A stretch of 64,000 nucleotides of DNA, taken from NCBI GenBank assembly GCA_951406725.2, contig OX597830.1, positions 30,380,001-30,444,000 of the forward strand. Reading direction: 5' to 3'. The DNA is from Octopus vulgaris (lineage: Eukaryota). The position numbers and the translations under genes are program-made. The notes under the pieces are model-generated. The model had not been told where the DNA came from and made no database searches. It saw only the letters and a list, made by a program, of their open reading frames with translations. Of this stretch, positions 42,369 to 55,786 are shown in pieces (position 1 is the first letter of the stretch; each line of letters begins with the position of its first letter).

Positions 42369-42452
42369 CGTAAATATATAGTCGTATATATAAATATATA
42401 TATGTATGTATACATGTAAGTATGTATGTATGTATGTATGTATGTATATATG

Positions 42453-42762
42453 TGAAGGCGCGTGGTTTAGTGAATAGTGCATTCGGCTGAGTTCAATACC
42501 TGGCGACGTGTTGTGTCCTTGAGCAAGACATTTTATTTCACGTTGCTCCAGTCCACCCAGCTGGTAAAAAAGAAATAGAGTCAGTATTTCAAAAGGGCAA
42601 GCCTTGTCACATTCTGTGTCACGCTAGATTTCCTAGTGCACCAAGTTCATGGTATTCGTGGCTGTGGACTGCTCAGCCACTTGCACGTTAATTTCAAGAG
42701 CAAGCTGTTACGTTGATCGGATCAACTGGGAACCCTCATCGTTGGAACCGACAGAGTGCTTG
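42453..42762 (+). mobile_element. tRNA-derived SINE (family D; tail ..GATCGGATCAACTGGAACCCTC..)
   Basis: Head GAAGGCGCGTGGTTTAGTG and GTCCTTGAGCAAGAC; tail shared with the copies at 50945, 54416 and 57728. Confidence 0.8.
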
Positions 42763-42935
42763 TATGTATGTGATTGATCAATTTTATTTCAAGATTTCTT
42801 GACAGTAGAGAGCGAGCCTGTTTCTAACCTAGATCCAAGGCTCTTTCATCATCAACCACAAAGTATTTTCGTTTATATGCGTGTATCTATGGATGCACTA
42901 TGTATGTATGCATGCATTATGTATGTATATGTATA

Positions 42936-43170
42936 TATTTCTTTACTGCCCACAAGGTGTTAAAACATAGAGGGGACAAACAAGGACAGACAAATGGATT
43001 AAGTCGATTACATCGACCCCAGTACGAAACTGGTATTTTATTTATTGACCCCGAAAGGATGAAAGGCAAAGTCGACCTCGGCCGAATTTGAACTCAGAAC
43101 GTAACGACAGACAAAATACCGCTAAGCATTTCGCGCGGCGTGGTAACGTTTCTGCCAGCTCACCGCCTTT
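42936..43170 (-). mobile_element. family-A SINE, tail 1
   Basis: Reverse complement of the 41718-41945 type. Confidence 0.88.
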
Positions 43171-43188
43171 TTTATGTATGTATGTATG

Positions 43189-43264
<76 letters not shown>

Positions 43265-43268
43265 TATA

Positions 43269-43450
43269 TTTATTATATAGAAGGAGCTTCTACAGGACTA
43301 GAACTGTTTCATTCAAGAGAAATCTGAAGATTTCTCTTGAATGAAACAGTCTAGTCCTGTAGAAGCTCCTTCTATATAATAAATTAATTTTACTCTGCTA
43401 TGTATTGAGTACCTTATTTACTGTGGTTAACCCCGAATCAACCCGGGACC
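43269..43450. mobile_element. near-perfect 115-bp hairpin (43269-43383) plus unique tail, PLE inverted-pLTR-like
   Basis: ~57-bp arms with one indel and a 2-nt loop. Plus strand reads CTGAAGA...GAAACAGTC. Embedded in (TA)n. Confidence 0.65.
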
Positions 43451-43491
<41 letters not shown>

Positions 43492-43494
<3 letters not shown>

Positions 43495-43865
43495 CGTAGG
43501 AGTGGCAGTGTAGTAAGTAGCTTGCTTACAAACCACATGGTCTTCTACTATAGCCTCGGGCCGATCAAATCCTTGTGAGTGGATTTGTAGACGGAAAGTG
43601 GAAGAAGCCCGCCGTATATATGTATATATATGTATGTGTATGTGTATGTGTATATGTGTCTGTGTCTGTGTCTGTGTTTGTACCCCCTTGACAACCGATG
43701 CTGGTGTGTTTACGTCCCCGTAAATTAGCGGTTCGGCAAAAGAGCCCGTTAGAATAAGCACTAGGCTTACAAAGAATAAGTCTTGGGGTCGATTTGCTCG
43801 ACTAAAGGCGGTGTTCCAGCATGGCCACAGTCAAATGACTGAAACACGTAAAAGAGTAAAAGAGT
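43492..43865 (+). mobile_element. family-B SINE
   Basis: Head AGGCGTAGGAGTGGC, internal (TA/TG)n, tail GAAACACGTAAAAGAG. Confidence 0.88.
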
Positions 43866-44482
43866 ATGTGTATATGAGTATATATATATGTATAGTGTGT
43901 ATGTATTATATGCAATTTTATTCATCGGACTGTGGCCATGTCTGGGCAACAACTTTGACATGATATATGTAAAATATATAAAATGAATATTTCTTTTTAT
44001 GTTGTTCTATGCAATATGACAGTATTTTCAATGAATTCGTTTATTTTTAATATCTAAATAGAAGAAAACAAAAAAAAAAACCTGCTTTACCTGTTTGCTG
44101 CTCAAGATGCACACTTAATTATTATTTTTCATTTTCTTTTTTTTATTATACTTACTGAATATTCATATTTGTTGCATTAATGCGTTCGTATTTTTAGTTA
44201 TGTATTCAATTTTTTTACGTTTCACCTTTCATTGGTGACTATTTAATAATTCCTTTCAATTTCCACTCCAGATATCAAAAGAAATTAACGAGCGCTTTGC
44301 AAAATAAAAAAAAAAAAGAAAGGAAGGAAGGTATAGATAAAAATTGTAAAAAAAAATATTAAAAAACATTGACCTCAAATTTTGACAAGTTGTGTTAAAA
44401 ACGTCAACAAGTTTTTTATGTTTAAATTAGTTTCCTTTTTTTAATTTCGTCTTCTATTTCTTTTGCGTGTGTGTATATGTGT

Positions 44483-44522
<40 letters not shown>

Positions 44523-44708
44523 TTGTTTGATAATTGTCATAATGTGTGAAAAGCAGGGTTAAACAGCATTAACGATGCATAATAGGATAAGTGACAACTC
44601 GTTTTTGTTGTTGTTATTTTAATCTCAGGTCAGCCATAATTTTACAAATCTATGATCAAAAGATATTCTAGCATTGACAATCCCGTCACTTCTCTTTTCC
44701 TCAAATAA

Positions 44709-44815
<107 letters not shown>

Positions 44816-44847
44816 TACTACATATATATACGTATGTATGTACACAT

Positions 44848-44953
<106 letters not shown>

Positions 44954-44962
44954 ACTCACACA

Positions 44963-46045
44963 TACGCTGGGTGTGTCAGCTATTTGAGAAGAACACTTTA
45001 ATTTAAGGAAAACAAAAAAAACATTATAAGAAAAGCCAGTACGTTTATAGACTTTGGTACACATGTTCTTAGATACGGATAGCAAGAGGCTATTCAATAA
45101 AACCACCGTCAACCACAATTACTGCCTCAATACGTCATTTAAAACGTTGATCAGGTGATTTTTATTCATAACGTCTCTAATAGCAAATATCAAAGTATCC
45201 TTGGTATTGTGCAAATATTTGTCCATCTCCTTCTCAATAAAACCCCAAACGTTAGTAGTGCAAGGAAAGCTTGGTCAAATGTTAGGGGATCACATTATGT
45301 TGACAATTTTCGGTCATCCATTCTTGGGTCATGCAGAGGGAGAAAAGGCGGATTCTTGCTTCAGCGTGTACGGTTTACTCCGAGAAACTCTTTTGATCCA
45401 GGGTTTGACAATTGTCTCTATTTATATAGGTCGCAAACATGAGTGGCGCTGGCGGACAGCTGTCCGCTGTTCCTTTGTTTACATTTTTTTTATCATGGAC
45501 AAAGACCTTCTCATGTAAGTAGTACAAACGCATATCGAACTCTTCAGGGGTGCTTTGAGTTTGCTGAGCAAACGCTGCGACCGGATCACGATGTTCTCCC
45601 GGGTTTTACAAGACATGAGTTTCCCACTTCTCATAACATACGATTTGCATCTGATTTGTACCCTAACACATGGAAATGACTGGCAATGGCTTCGCTGATT
45701 TGCTGGGATTCTCGTTGACGCTTCACTGGACGTGCTGGAGAAGCTCGTTTTTGATTTTTGCCCCACAGAGTCTCACTTTCAAAAATGCATATTTTTTCTA
45801 GCCACAGAAGACACAATCCTCTCAGAGACTAGTAACTTTTTTCTGCTCTCAAACATGAAGGACCCGGTGACATTGAAGAACATTGCAATCTCCGAATCAT
45901 TCTGGTTGATGTGTAAAGCGATGAGAGCAGCATGTTTTTCAACGAAACCTCCATATTGGAGCTCATAAAAAAGAAAAGATATTTAAATGTTGGGCAATTT
46001 ATGGTTCTTAAAAATTCTGTTCTCAAATAGCTGGTGCATTCTGTG
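44963..46045 (-). mobile_element. decayed IS630/Tc1/mariner transposon (maT/DD37D-like) with TIRs
   Basis: CAGCTATTTGAGAA is inverted at both ends (44977-44990 and 46020-46033). Minus-strand peptides KSYVMRSGKLMSCKTREN..SQRLLSKLK and IVKPWIKRVSRSKPYTLKQESA..TQEWMTEN. Confidence 0.8.
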
Positions 46046-46046
46046 A

Positions 46047-46183
<137 letters not shown>

Positions 46184-46329
46184 GATAAATGAATTAGAAA
46201 TGAATTACAATCCCTAACAACGCTATGACCCCAATAGGCTTCATGCGATTCTTGGAAGTGTAGCCTACCCTTAGCTACAATAGCATATATCTGAAACTGA
46301 GATAACAGTAAATACCCATTTTTGAGATG

Positions 46330-46505
46330 GGGAGGAAGCTGATTACATCGAACCCAGGACTTTATTGGTACTTGTTTTATCGATCCTGAAAGGATGAAAG
46401 GCGAAGCCGAACTCGGCGGAATTTGAACTCAGAACGTAAAGACGGACGAAACGCCTCGAAGCATTTTGTCTGGCGTGCTTCTGATTCTGCCAGTTCACCG
46501 CCTTA
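46330..46505 (-). mobile_element. family-A SINE
   Basis: Reverse-complement body and head. Confidence 0.82.
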
Positions 46506-46612
46506 CACCTGCCTAATATTGCAGGGCAGATACAACGGAGCTCAAGTCTAGTGATTGCTAAAGGCGGACGAAATGCTGTTATGCATTTTGTTCTGTGTGC
46601 TAACAAGTAACA

Positions 46613-46667
46613 GTTAGCATGGATACCTTCCAAGCAGTCGATCCGGGTTCGACTCCCGGCCGACGCA
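46613..46667 (+). pseudogene. tRNA-Gly(TCC): 5'-truncated tRNA-Gly(TCC)
   Basis: GTTAGCATGGATACCTTCCAAGCAGTCGATCCGGGTTCGACTCCCGGCCGACGCA matches metazoan tRNA-Gly(TCC) from the D-loop to the discriminator. Anticodon TCC at 46629-46631, perfect T-arm, first ~17 nt absent, T-run 10 nt downstream. Confidence 0.88.
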
Positions 46668-46684
46668 TCACTATCACTTTTTTA

Positions 46685-47070
46685 TAGGCGCAAGAGTGGG
46701 TGTGTGGTAAGTAGCTTCCTTAACAGCCACATGGTTCCGGGTTCAGTCCCACTGCCTGTCACCTTGGGCAAGTGTCTTCTACTATAGCCTCGAGCCGACC
46801 AAAGCCTTGTGAGTGGATTTGGTAGACGGAAACTAAAAGAAGCCCGTCGTATATATATATATGTGTATGTGTGTGTGGGTGTGTGTTTGTTTGTATATGT
46901 TTGTGTGTCTGTGTCTGTGTTTGCCCCAACATAGCGGTTCGGCAAAAGAGACCAATAGAATAAGTACTAGACTTACAAAGAATAAGTCCTGGGGTCGATT
47001 TGCTCGACTAAAAGGCGGTGCTCCAGCATGGCCACAGTCAAATGATTGAAACAAGTAAAAGAGTAAGGAG
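46685..47070 (+). mobile_element. family-B SINE
   Basis: Head AGGCGCAAGAGTGG..GGGTTCAGTCCC; tail GAAACAAGTAAAAGAG. Confidence 0.9.
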
Positions 47071-47255
47071 TAAGTCTGCCAGCTTGCTGCCTTAAAACAC
47101 TATGGAGTTTGTCATGAGTGAAGTAACTTTGATCATAGATGTGTTCGGTCAGAGCTGACCTTGAACTAAACAAAAATAAAACGTGGAAACGTATATGAAC
47201 GCAGAAGTTAAAGAGAAAGTTTCATTTCTGTTGTAATAAATGAATAGAAACTAAT

Positions 47256-47440
47256 AGGTATTTCGTCTACCGCTACGTTCTGAGTTCAAATTCCGCTGAG
47301 GTCGACTTTGCCTTTCATCATTTCGGGGTCGATAAATTAAGTACCAGTTACGCACTGGGGTCGATGTAATCGACTTAATCCGTTTGTCTGTCCTTGGTTG
47401 TCCCCTCTGTGTTTAGCCCCTTGTGGGCAGTAAAGAAATA
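47256..47440 (+). mobile_element. headless family-A SINE with 10-bp TSD
   Basis: TSD AGAAACTAAT at 47246-47255 and 47441-47450. Confidence 0.88.
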
Positions 47441-47670
47441 AGAAACTAATCATCTTAAGGTTTTGATAACCAAAATATTACCTAAGTATATTTCTCATAG
47501 AGTTTATTATCCTGATTCCCATACTTATTATCACACTTCACTAAGTCTTTGAAGAAATTGCTGCGTGTATACGTACGTACGTACGTACGTATGTATGTTA
47601 TGTATGTATGTATGTTTGTATGTATGTATGTATGTATGTACGTATGTATGTATGTATGTATGTATGTATG

Positions 47671-47702
<32 letters not shown>

Positions 47703-48203
47703 AATGTATGTATGTATGCATGCATGTATGTTTGCAGACAAGCTGTTCACAGACTTATGAAAATCGCTTACACAATTATGACAAAAACATGTGTATACAT
47801 GTCCTTTGATCAGATAATTCAAATAGTCAACGAAGCAGACGTGTTTATATGTGTATATATATGTATAAATGCATGCACGCATGTATGTATGCTTGTGTGC
47901 AAATAAACAACGACTTACGCTTGCTTCGAATACTTCTGAAAGGGTATAAAAAAATTTTTTTAGGGTTATTATTTTAATAAATGAATACAAGCTTCCACTT
48001 TATATACTAAATACATGGATTTACTTGGGGTTCTTTGCGTTTTGTTAGTCATATAACAAGCAAGCGTGGCTGTGTAGTTAAGAAACTCGTTCTATAACCA
48101 CATGGTTTCGTGTTTAGCCCTACTACATGGCACCTTGGACAAAATGCATGGACACAAATATACATACACAAACACACACACACATGTGTGTATGTGTGTG
48201 TGT

Positions 48204-48518
48204 GTGGAGGCGCAATGGCCCAGTGGTTAGGGCTGCGGACTTGCGGTCAGAGGTTCGCGGTTTCGATTCCCAGACCGGGCGTTGTGTGTGTTCATTGAGC
48301 GAAAACACCAAAAACTCCACGAGCCTCCGACAGGGAGTGGTGGCGACCCCTGTTGTACTCTTTCGCCCCAACTTTCTCTCACTCTTTCTCCCTGTTTCTT
48401 GGGTAACGCTGCGATGGACTGGCGTCCCGTTCAGCTGGGGAGAACACATACGCCATAGAAACCGGGAAACCGGGCCCATGGGGCTGGGTAGGCTTGAAAA
48501 GGGTGAAATGAAATGAAT
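48204..48518 (+). mobile_element. tRNA-derived SINE (family E) with (GAAAT)n tail
   Basis: A box TGGCCCAGTGG, B box GTTTCGATTCC; first ~190 bp shared with 54416; 3' part contains CTGCGATGGACTGGCGTCCC. Confidence 0.88.
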
Positions 48519-48566
48519 ATATATATATATATACACACATATATATATATACACACACATACACAC

Positions 48567-48644
<78 letters not shown>

Positions 48645-48800
48645 GCTAAATTTGTAATCATATACTAACTTACTACTCATATGTAGTCATGACATATTGT
48701 CATGCAGCTTTGGTGTTCGTATGGGTATGCTATAAATATTTGTATTTATATACTAAAACTTGTTATGCTGACGATAGCAGGATGCTTTTCATAACATAGA

Positions 48801-48862
48801 GCTTCAAATCGTTTCGACACGCACTTAACTGAACAGTGTTATTTTTTATTCTTCATCAGCCC
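48801..48862 (-). ncRNA. degenerate hammerhead-like motif
   Basis: Minus strand CTGATGA-AGA...TC-GAAA-CGATT; stems eroded. Confidence 0.3.
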
Positions 48863-49312
48863 GTTTACAACCTGTACTGAAGGAGTAGTAAGGTGGTTTT
48901 TAGTGCCTTTTAGTATATATATCTGGCATGCTAGAGCGGGTAATCCGATCCCTTTAATATAATTATGTATATAATTATAAATTTAGCATAATATAATATT
49001 AACTATATTTTTATTTCACGCTGACCACTTGATAAAATCATTAAAGTAATTTTAACCTTAATGCTGTATAGAATGTATATATATATATATATATTAAGGT
49101 TATGGGAGGTAATGGTGTTAAGAAGACCCAAAGATGTCAGGTAATGCTGAGTAAGTGCTATGGACAGACTATAGTTAACCACCAGGTTCGGTGATTATGC
49201 GAATGAGGAGCCCAACGTAGGTCCTATATCAGCTTGCATACATATAAACAATTAACAGAATGAGATAAAAATCCAAGGCTGTGAAAAATTTCAGAACATT
49301 TATAAAGAGAAG

Positions 49313-49360
49313 GCCTTACAGCTGTTTCCAGGATATTTTATATATCTCTTCATCGGAGAC
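49313..49360 (-). ncRNA. minimal hammerhead-like motif in a PLE pLTR fragment
   Basis: GTCT-CCGATGA-a gaGATAT ataaa ATATC ctg-GAAA-CAGCTG-TA-AGGC: 4-bp stem I, same palindromic stem III as the motif at 18671. Confidence 0.65.
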
Positions 49361-49380
49361 GGTGCGAGAAAATGGTTAAG

Positions 49381-49447
<67 letters not shown>

Positions 49448-50944
49448 CCACTGGTTTTAATTGATTAATATCAATTCCTACCCTTATTATTTAATTTTAA
49501 ATAATAAATATTCTCTAACCGGTAAATTGACTGCTGTAATTTATTAACTGCAGAGTAATTTCCGACCTCAGCACGCCAAAGTGAAGGCATTTGAAAGATA
49601 TACCCAAATATATAAGGTGTAGAACTTTATACATGCTCGGTTTCGGTTGAGCGTTCGGTATCTAGTTCTGGAAATTATGTTTTGTAAACGACAGAATATG
49701 TTGATGATCTTGCAGGTATTTACGTGTTCATATACGTAAATATTAACATGTGCAACCAATGGTACGTAGGTAATGGTTTTTTTTATTTCGTATATTTTCA
49801 TTTGTCTTGCTTAATTTTACATTTTGGTTTTTTGCTGAGATTTTTCTTGGTAATGACGATTTGACTTCTATGTTTAGCATAAGGATGTCTACTTTAGTGG
49901 TCATTCCTCTAAATTTTGTATATATATATATCATATGTTCCTAAGAATTTAATGATCTTTCTACACTGACCTAAATCTTTTGTTACTACATAAATAGATT
50001 GACCCTTTGTTCTAGTGACAATCTGTTCTTCTTTTACATCTCCTGAATTTTCCTCTTCTTTTCTTCAACTAACTTGAATTCTTGACCTGCCCTTACCCCC
50101 ATCCTTACAACTAAGGAAATTTTCTTACAACAGTCAGTTGTGAACAAAGTTTTGGTCAGTTTGCATCCAAACTACACTACCTCATGTTCCTAAGATTCAT
50201 ATCTACATCTTTATCTGTATATTTACCTTCCCTAAGATGTTATTAATTGATCTGAGAACTTTATATTATTGGAAAACCTGTATAAAATTAGCTGAAGATT
50301 ACTCGGCATCTTAAATCTGCTGTAATATTTACAGCTTTTAATAAAATGTTGTAGTATGAAACAATTGTACTAAATTACCGGATTCATTCTTGTTGCTTAT
50401 TTTTGATTATAATCACCCCGCATATTTTTATGGGTAACACCATAAAAAATTCTGGTGCATCTAAATTAAGTGCCATATTCATTTGAATTTAAATTGTTGC
50501 TGAACTTATATATATATATATATATATATACATACATATATATACATATATATATATATATGTTCAGTGTCTTTTGCTTGCCTTACCTGAAGTATCTGTT
50601 CACGCTATCTTATATCATATTGACCTTTGACCTCGCACCATTTTGTAGCAACCATAATCTAATTGTATATCGGTTGCATTATTTGATCTACTAAACAGTG
50701 TCGCTAACATTTTCCCCACCTCGACCGCGTTCACAAAGCACTCCCATTCTCTCTTCAAGACAACAACCACAACTATAAACGACACTATCACCTCTGCTGC
50801 CCGTAGCCTCTCCCTAGCCATAACCGAAACCAGCAACGGCCCCGCCAAATCTACAAAGGCAGACACCTTCCCCACTATCACTCCACCTCTCGCCGCCACC
50901 AGCATCTCCACCCCTGATGACAAGTATTACAACATTATCTTGGT

Positions 50945-51220
50945 GACTGGCTTAGTGGTTAGGACGCACGGCTCCCGATCGTAAGATCTTGCGTTGAGCA
51001 AGACATTTTATTTCACGTTGCGTTTTATTGCCATTCAGCTGGCAAAAATGAGTAGTACCTGTATTTCGAAGGACTAAATTTGTCACATGCTGTGTCATGC
51101 TGACTCTCCCTGAGAACTACGTTAAAAGTACGCGTGTCTGCGGAGTGCTCGACCACTTGCACGTTAAATTCACGATCGGATCAACTGGAACACTCGTCGT
51201 CGCAACCGGCGAACTGGCTG
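50945..51220 (+). mobile_element. family-D SINE (diverged)
   Basis: TGGCTTAGTGGTTAGG head, TTGAGCAAGACATTTTATTTCACGTTG, shared tail. Confidence 0.75.
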
Positions 51221-51639
51221 GTAAAGATCAATAAAAGCAACAACAGCAACAGCAGCAGCAGCCGCAACAACAAAGACTAAACCTCAAGTTCAACCTAAGA
51301 TCGTTATAGTGCGATGTTTACGAAGTGGGTATTGTGAAACAGAAGAGTTGCTAAAAATAAAGAAATTAAACTCGCAAGTATAAATACGTCATCAGACACA
51401 TATATACATGATTCCTAAAAATACATTTGCACTTGCCTACAAACAAACACATAATCACAGACATATTCACACATAAAGTACAACCAAAAATATATAACAA
51501 TAGGAAAGAATAGAAAACAAAGCACTCACACAAATAAAAAACTTTTAATAATAGAACCAACAAAAGCAATAATGATTTCTTATACTTGCCTTAATGGCGT
51601 CAAATGCGATGGATTTAACAAAAACAAGTTAATATTTAT

Positions 51640-51916
51640 GTGGCGGGGAATTACATAAAATGGGGTGAGGGGAAAATGGGATGGGTTGGAAAGAAATGAG
51701 AGAGAAGCTTACACAGTGTACAAAATATGGTGATACATTCTCCTGATACAGGCCAATCAAGACAATCCAAAGACCTGAGTTCTAAGGGTTTGATCTCTCG
51801 AACCCTCACCCAATTACTGTTCACCAATCTACAATCGGATGTTTATCGTTGTTCCATTCACCTTAACCATTTTTGTCACAAGCAACCGCCTTCTGACAAC
51901 TGCGCACTGGAAGACA

Positions 51917-51956
<40 letters not shown>

Positions 51957-51963
51957 CTCTCTT

Positions 51964-51998
<35 letters not shown>

Positions 51999-52392
51999 TT
52001 CTCTCTTTCTCTCTCTCTCTTTCTCTCTCTCTCTCTGTCTCACTCCCTTTGAGCGCCCTTTTGGAAAGATTTGTTTGAAAAACCTTGATGAGAACTTCAC
52101 CGAAGAGGAAAGGTCTATTCTCTAAGCTTGTATTATCGTCCGTCATCCATGTCATTTTGTAGCAGGAAAATCGGAAATAGGAAAACTGCTCGCTTGGTCT
52201 TATTAAAGGATGGCGGGGGAAACTTCTGTTCCAGTGGACCCAACAGACAACCGGATCCGCCCTACCAGTGACAACAGGTATACGACATAAATTCACAAAC
52301 CACCAACGTTCGAACACTGCACATATGCATGTACTATGGATTTGAATCTCTCTCTTTGTCTGCTTGTCTGTCTCACTTTATCTATCTCTCTC

Positions 52393-52435
<43 letters not shown>

Positions 52436-52810
52436 ATCCATCTATCTCTGTCTCTCCCCTCACACACAGATCACTTGTGAGGTCTCTCATGAGAGCTAGT
52501 GTTAACATGGAGTCCAGAACAACCTGTCGTGGTAGAATTTACCAGAACCCTTACAAAACTAGCCTCGTGAGGAGGGTTGCTTGAAACACAGCAGGACTAA
52601 AAAACAAAGACAAAAGAAAGACCTGTCAAAAGGAAATCTGAACCCAGTGCATGTTCAACGATTATCTAGCGATAGTCCGGACACTTAGAAATTCCGAGTC
52701 GGTGTACGGCGGACTAGAAGCTCAGGGGGATTGAGGCAACATTCAGCTTTTGTTAAAGCATGTTTCAAGGAGAAGATATAAAACAAGATGTTAAGGGAAT
52801 GGCCTCGGGG
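51640..52810 (-). mobile_element. decayed Tx1/L1-like LINE 3' region interrupted by (CT)n tracts
   Basis: Minus-strand VHAYVQCSNVGGL*IYVVYLLSLVGRIRLS (H-x4-C end of an ORF2 zinc knuckle, ~52314-52334), followed by ORF 51829-52317 and a pyrimidine-rich 3' UTR. The upstream boundary is uncertain. Confidence 0.55.
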
Positions 52811-53011
52811 CTATTTTGAGGAATTTTTTCTTGTGCTTGAGATCATGGGACTTCAACATTACTGAGTTTGCAAACCATATTGGCATTAGATACCTTTGCC
52901 TCGGTTTAACTCTGAATCATGCCAACAGGGAGGGAGGATCTGTCAGAGGTCGTGCAAACCATATTGAACTTAAAATTTGCACAGGCTTTGCTTGTCAAAA
53001 CGGTCATCCTC

Positions 53012-53060
<49 letters not shown>

Positions 53061-53245
53061 CATACATGCACACACTAGCTCACACATATATGTCGTTTTG
53101 CTTTTTGCTAATTTACATGTATCAATTTCATTCACAAGTTCTTGGTTGCCACATGGCTATAGCAGAAGCAATGCCCCTGTAGTGACACCAAACCGTAAAC
53201 TACATGGCTCCAAAACAAACTTGTTAACTAGCAATGCTAGTACCC

Positions 53246-53515
<270 letters not shown>

Positions 53516-53663
53516 GGGAATATAATTCCAAACTTACAGGGAAAAATTCAATTTAGCAATTATAAATCAAATTTCACAATATATAATATATGTATATAAT
53601 TTATAAGGTTTTTATAGTATATGGTTTGAATAACATCTTTCATTATTCAATTGTTTAACAGAG

Positions 53664-53731
<68 letters not shown>

Positions 53732-53736
<5 letters not shown>

Positions 53737-54967
53737 ATTCCCAAGAGTAACAGATGATTTTCAATTTTTAATAACTTCCTTAACTTTACAAATAAATGCA
53801 TGAAATTTAGTTACAATATAAAGGACATAATGGAAATTACTATGCACAAGTCAAATTTTGCAACAACACTACATATCATATCTGAAAAATTACAACGCTT
53901 AAATGGCAAAGTTTTAGATCCTACTCCTCTGATTTCTCTATTGATGTTCTCTTTCAGTTGCAGCAGAGTCTCCGGTTTGTTGATGTAAATAAACTCTCTC
54001 TTTCAGGTATCTCTACGGAAAACAAGGGCTAGTCATGTCTGGGGAAAGTGAAGGCTAGTTGACATTGCCACTGCGGGAATTATTCTCTCTCCAAAGAACT
54101 GCCGTAGCAACTGCATTGTTATCTCTTGCGGTAAGAGCAGTTGCTTCATTTTTCTAGAACCACGTGTGAGGTCTACTTTGAATGGCTGGGCGCAAAAAGG
54201 TCTCAGTCATGGATACCTGAAAGAGAAGGTTTACGTCAACAAACGGGAGACCTTGGTGCAACTGAAGGAGAAAATCAATATACAAATCAGAGAAGTGGGG
54301 TCTGAATCTCTTGAGGGTGTTATGGTGTAAGTTTTGGAAAAAGTACGGGTGTGCGAAACCGAAATTGGCTGTCATTTAAGCGAAGTCATTTTTCATACTT
54401 GATGTAGTGGTGTTGCGTGGAGGCGCAGTGGCCTAGTGGTTAGGGCAGCGGATTCGCGGTCATAGGATCGCGATTTCGATTCTCAGACTGGGCGTTGTGA
54501 GTGTTTATTGAGCTAAAACATCTAAAGTTCCATGAGGCTCCGGCAGGAGGTGGTGGTGTACCCTGCTGTACTCTTTGACCAAAACTTTCTCTCACTCTTT
54601 CTTTCTGCTTCTGTTGTACCTGTATTTCAAAGGGCCAGCCTTATCACACTCTGTATCACGATGAATCTCCCCAAGAATTATGTTAAGCTGAACACGTATC
54701 TGTGGAATGCTCAGCCATTTACACGTTAATTTCACGAGCAGGCTGTTCCGTTGATCGGATCAACTGGAACCCTCGTCGTCGTAACCGACAGTGCCACGAG
54801 TGGTGTTGTAATATTTGACATGTGCATATGAATCTTCATTACGTCCTTTTACGTATGTATGTATGTATGTATGTATGTATGTATGTATGTATGTATGTAT
54901 GTATGTATGAATGTATGTATGTATGCATTTATTTGTAAAATTAAGTTATTAAAAATGCAAACCCATG

Positions 54968-54972
<5 letters not shown>
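53732..54972. mobile_element. Tc1/mariner-superfamily (rosa/DD41D-like) relic made of two inverted 3' ends
   Basis: Plus 54211-54400 translates to GYLKEKVYVNKRETLVQLKEKI..GCHLSEVIFHT*. Minus 53732-54200 carries the homologous YLKERV..NKPETLLQLKENINREI and the same 3' terminal sequence (TGCATTTATTTGTAAA..AAGTTATTAAAAAT). Confidence 0.8.
54416..54798 (+). mobile_element. tRNA-derived SINE (family-E head, family-D tail) with 10-bp TSD, nested in the transposon relic
   Basis: TSD AGTGGTGTTG at 54406-54415 and 54799-54808. Confidence 0.9.
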
Positions 54973-55017
<45 letters not shown>

Positions 55018-55482
55018 ATATATGTATGTATATAGATACACACACACACACACACACACATATTGGAGGGTACACGAAACACCAACTTGCTAGAAAGTGG
55101 AAGTAAAACAATCCCAACTTAACCACAAATCTCTGTGAAGATGTGCAACTGAACAACAAAAACGGGTCAAGTGAGGTTGGTGTTTAAGTTGGGCGGGGGG
55201 GGGTTACTCCCACTTTGTAGCACGCTGGTGCTTCGTGTAACTTCTGGTATAATTATGAATTTATTGTACAGATACTTAATACTAAAAACGGTTGCTGCCA
55301 CTAATGTTATTATTGTTGTTATTATCATTTATTTAGATATGCCGCTGATAACAACGACAACAACAACAACAAAAACAATAATAATAATGATATCTTTTCG
55401 AGTATTCATTTGAATAGTTACTCACTTTTATGCACACACACACACATATATATACATACATTTTTGTATGTATGCATATATG

Positions 55483-55522
<40 letters not shown>

Positions 55523-55745
55523 GTATATACTGTATAGTTATATGTCCATACATACATATAGACATTTATATGCGTATATAAATATATACATATGTGCGTG
55601 TCTGTGTGTGTCTGTGTGTCTACATGCGCGCGTGTGTGTGTGTATGTATATATATATATAAACATGCAATAATATACAGACAAAAATATAAATGTATATT
55701 TTGATATCTGTGTATATATATATAAGATATATATATATATATAAG

Positions 55746-55786
<41 letters not shown>

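Noticed and set aside
49450-50470. Possible decayed PLE coding region next to the hammerhead at 49313
   Set aside because: The composition looks like eroded coding DNA, but no unambiguous RT or endonuclease motif could be read.
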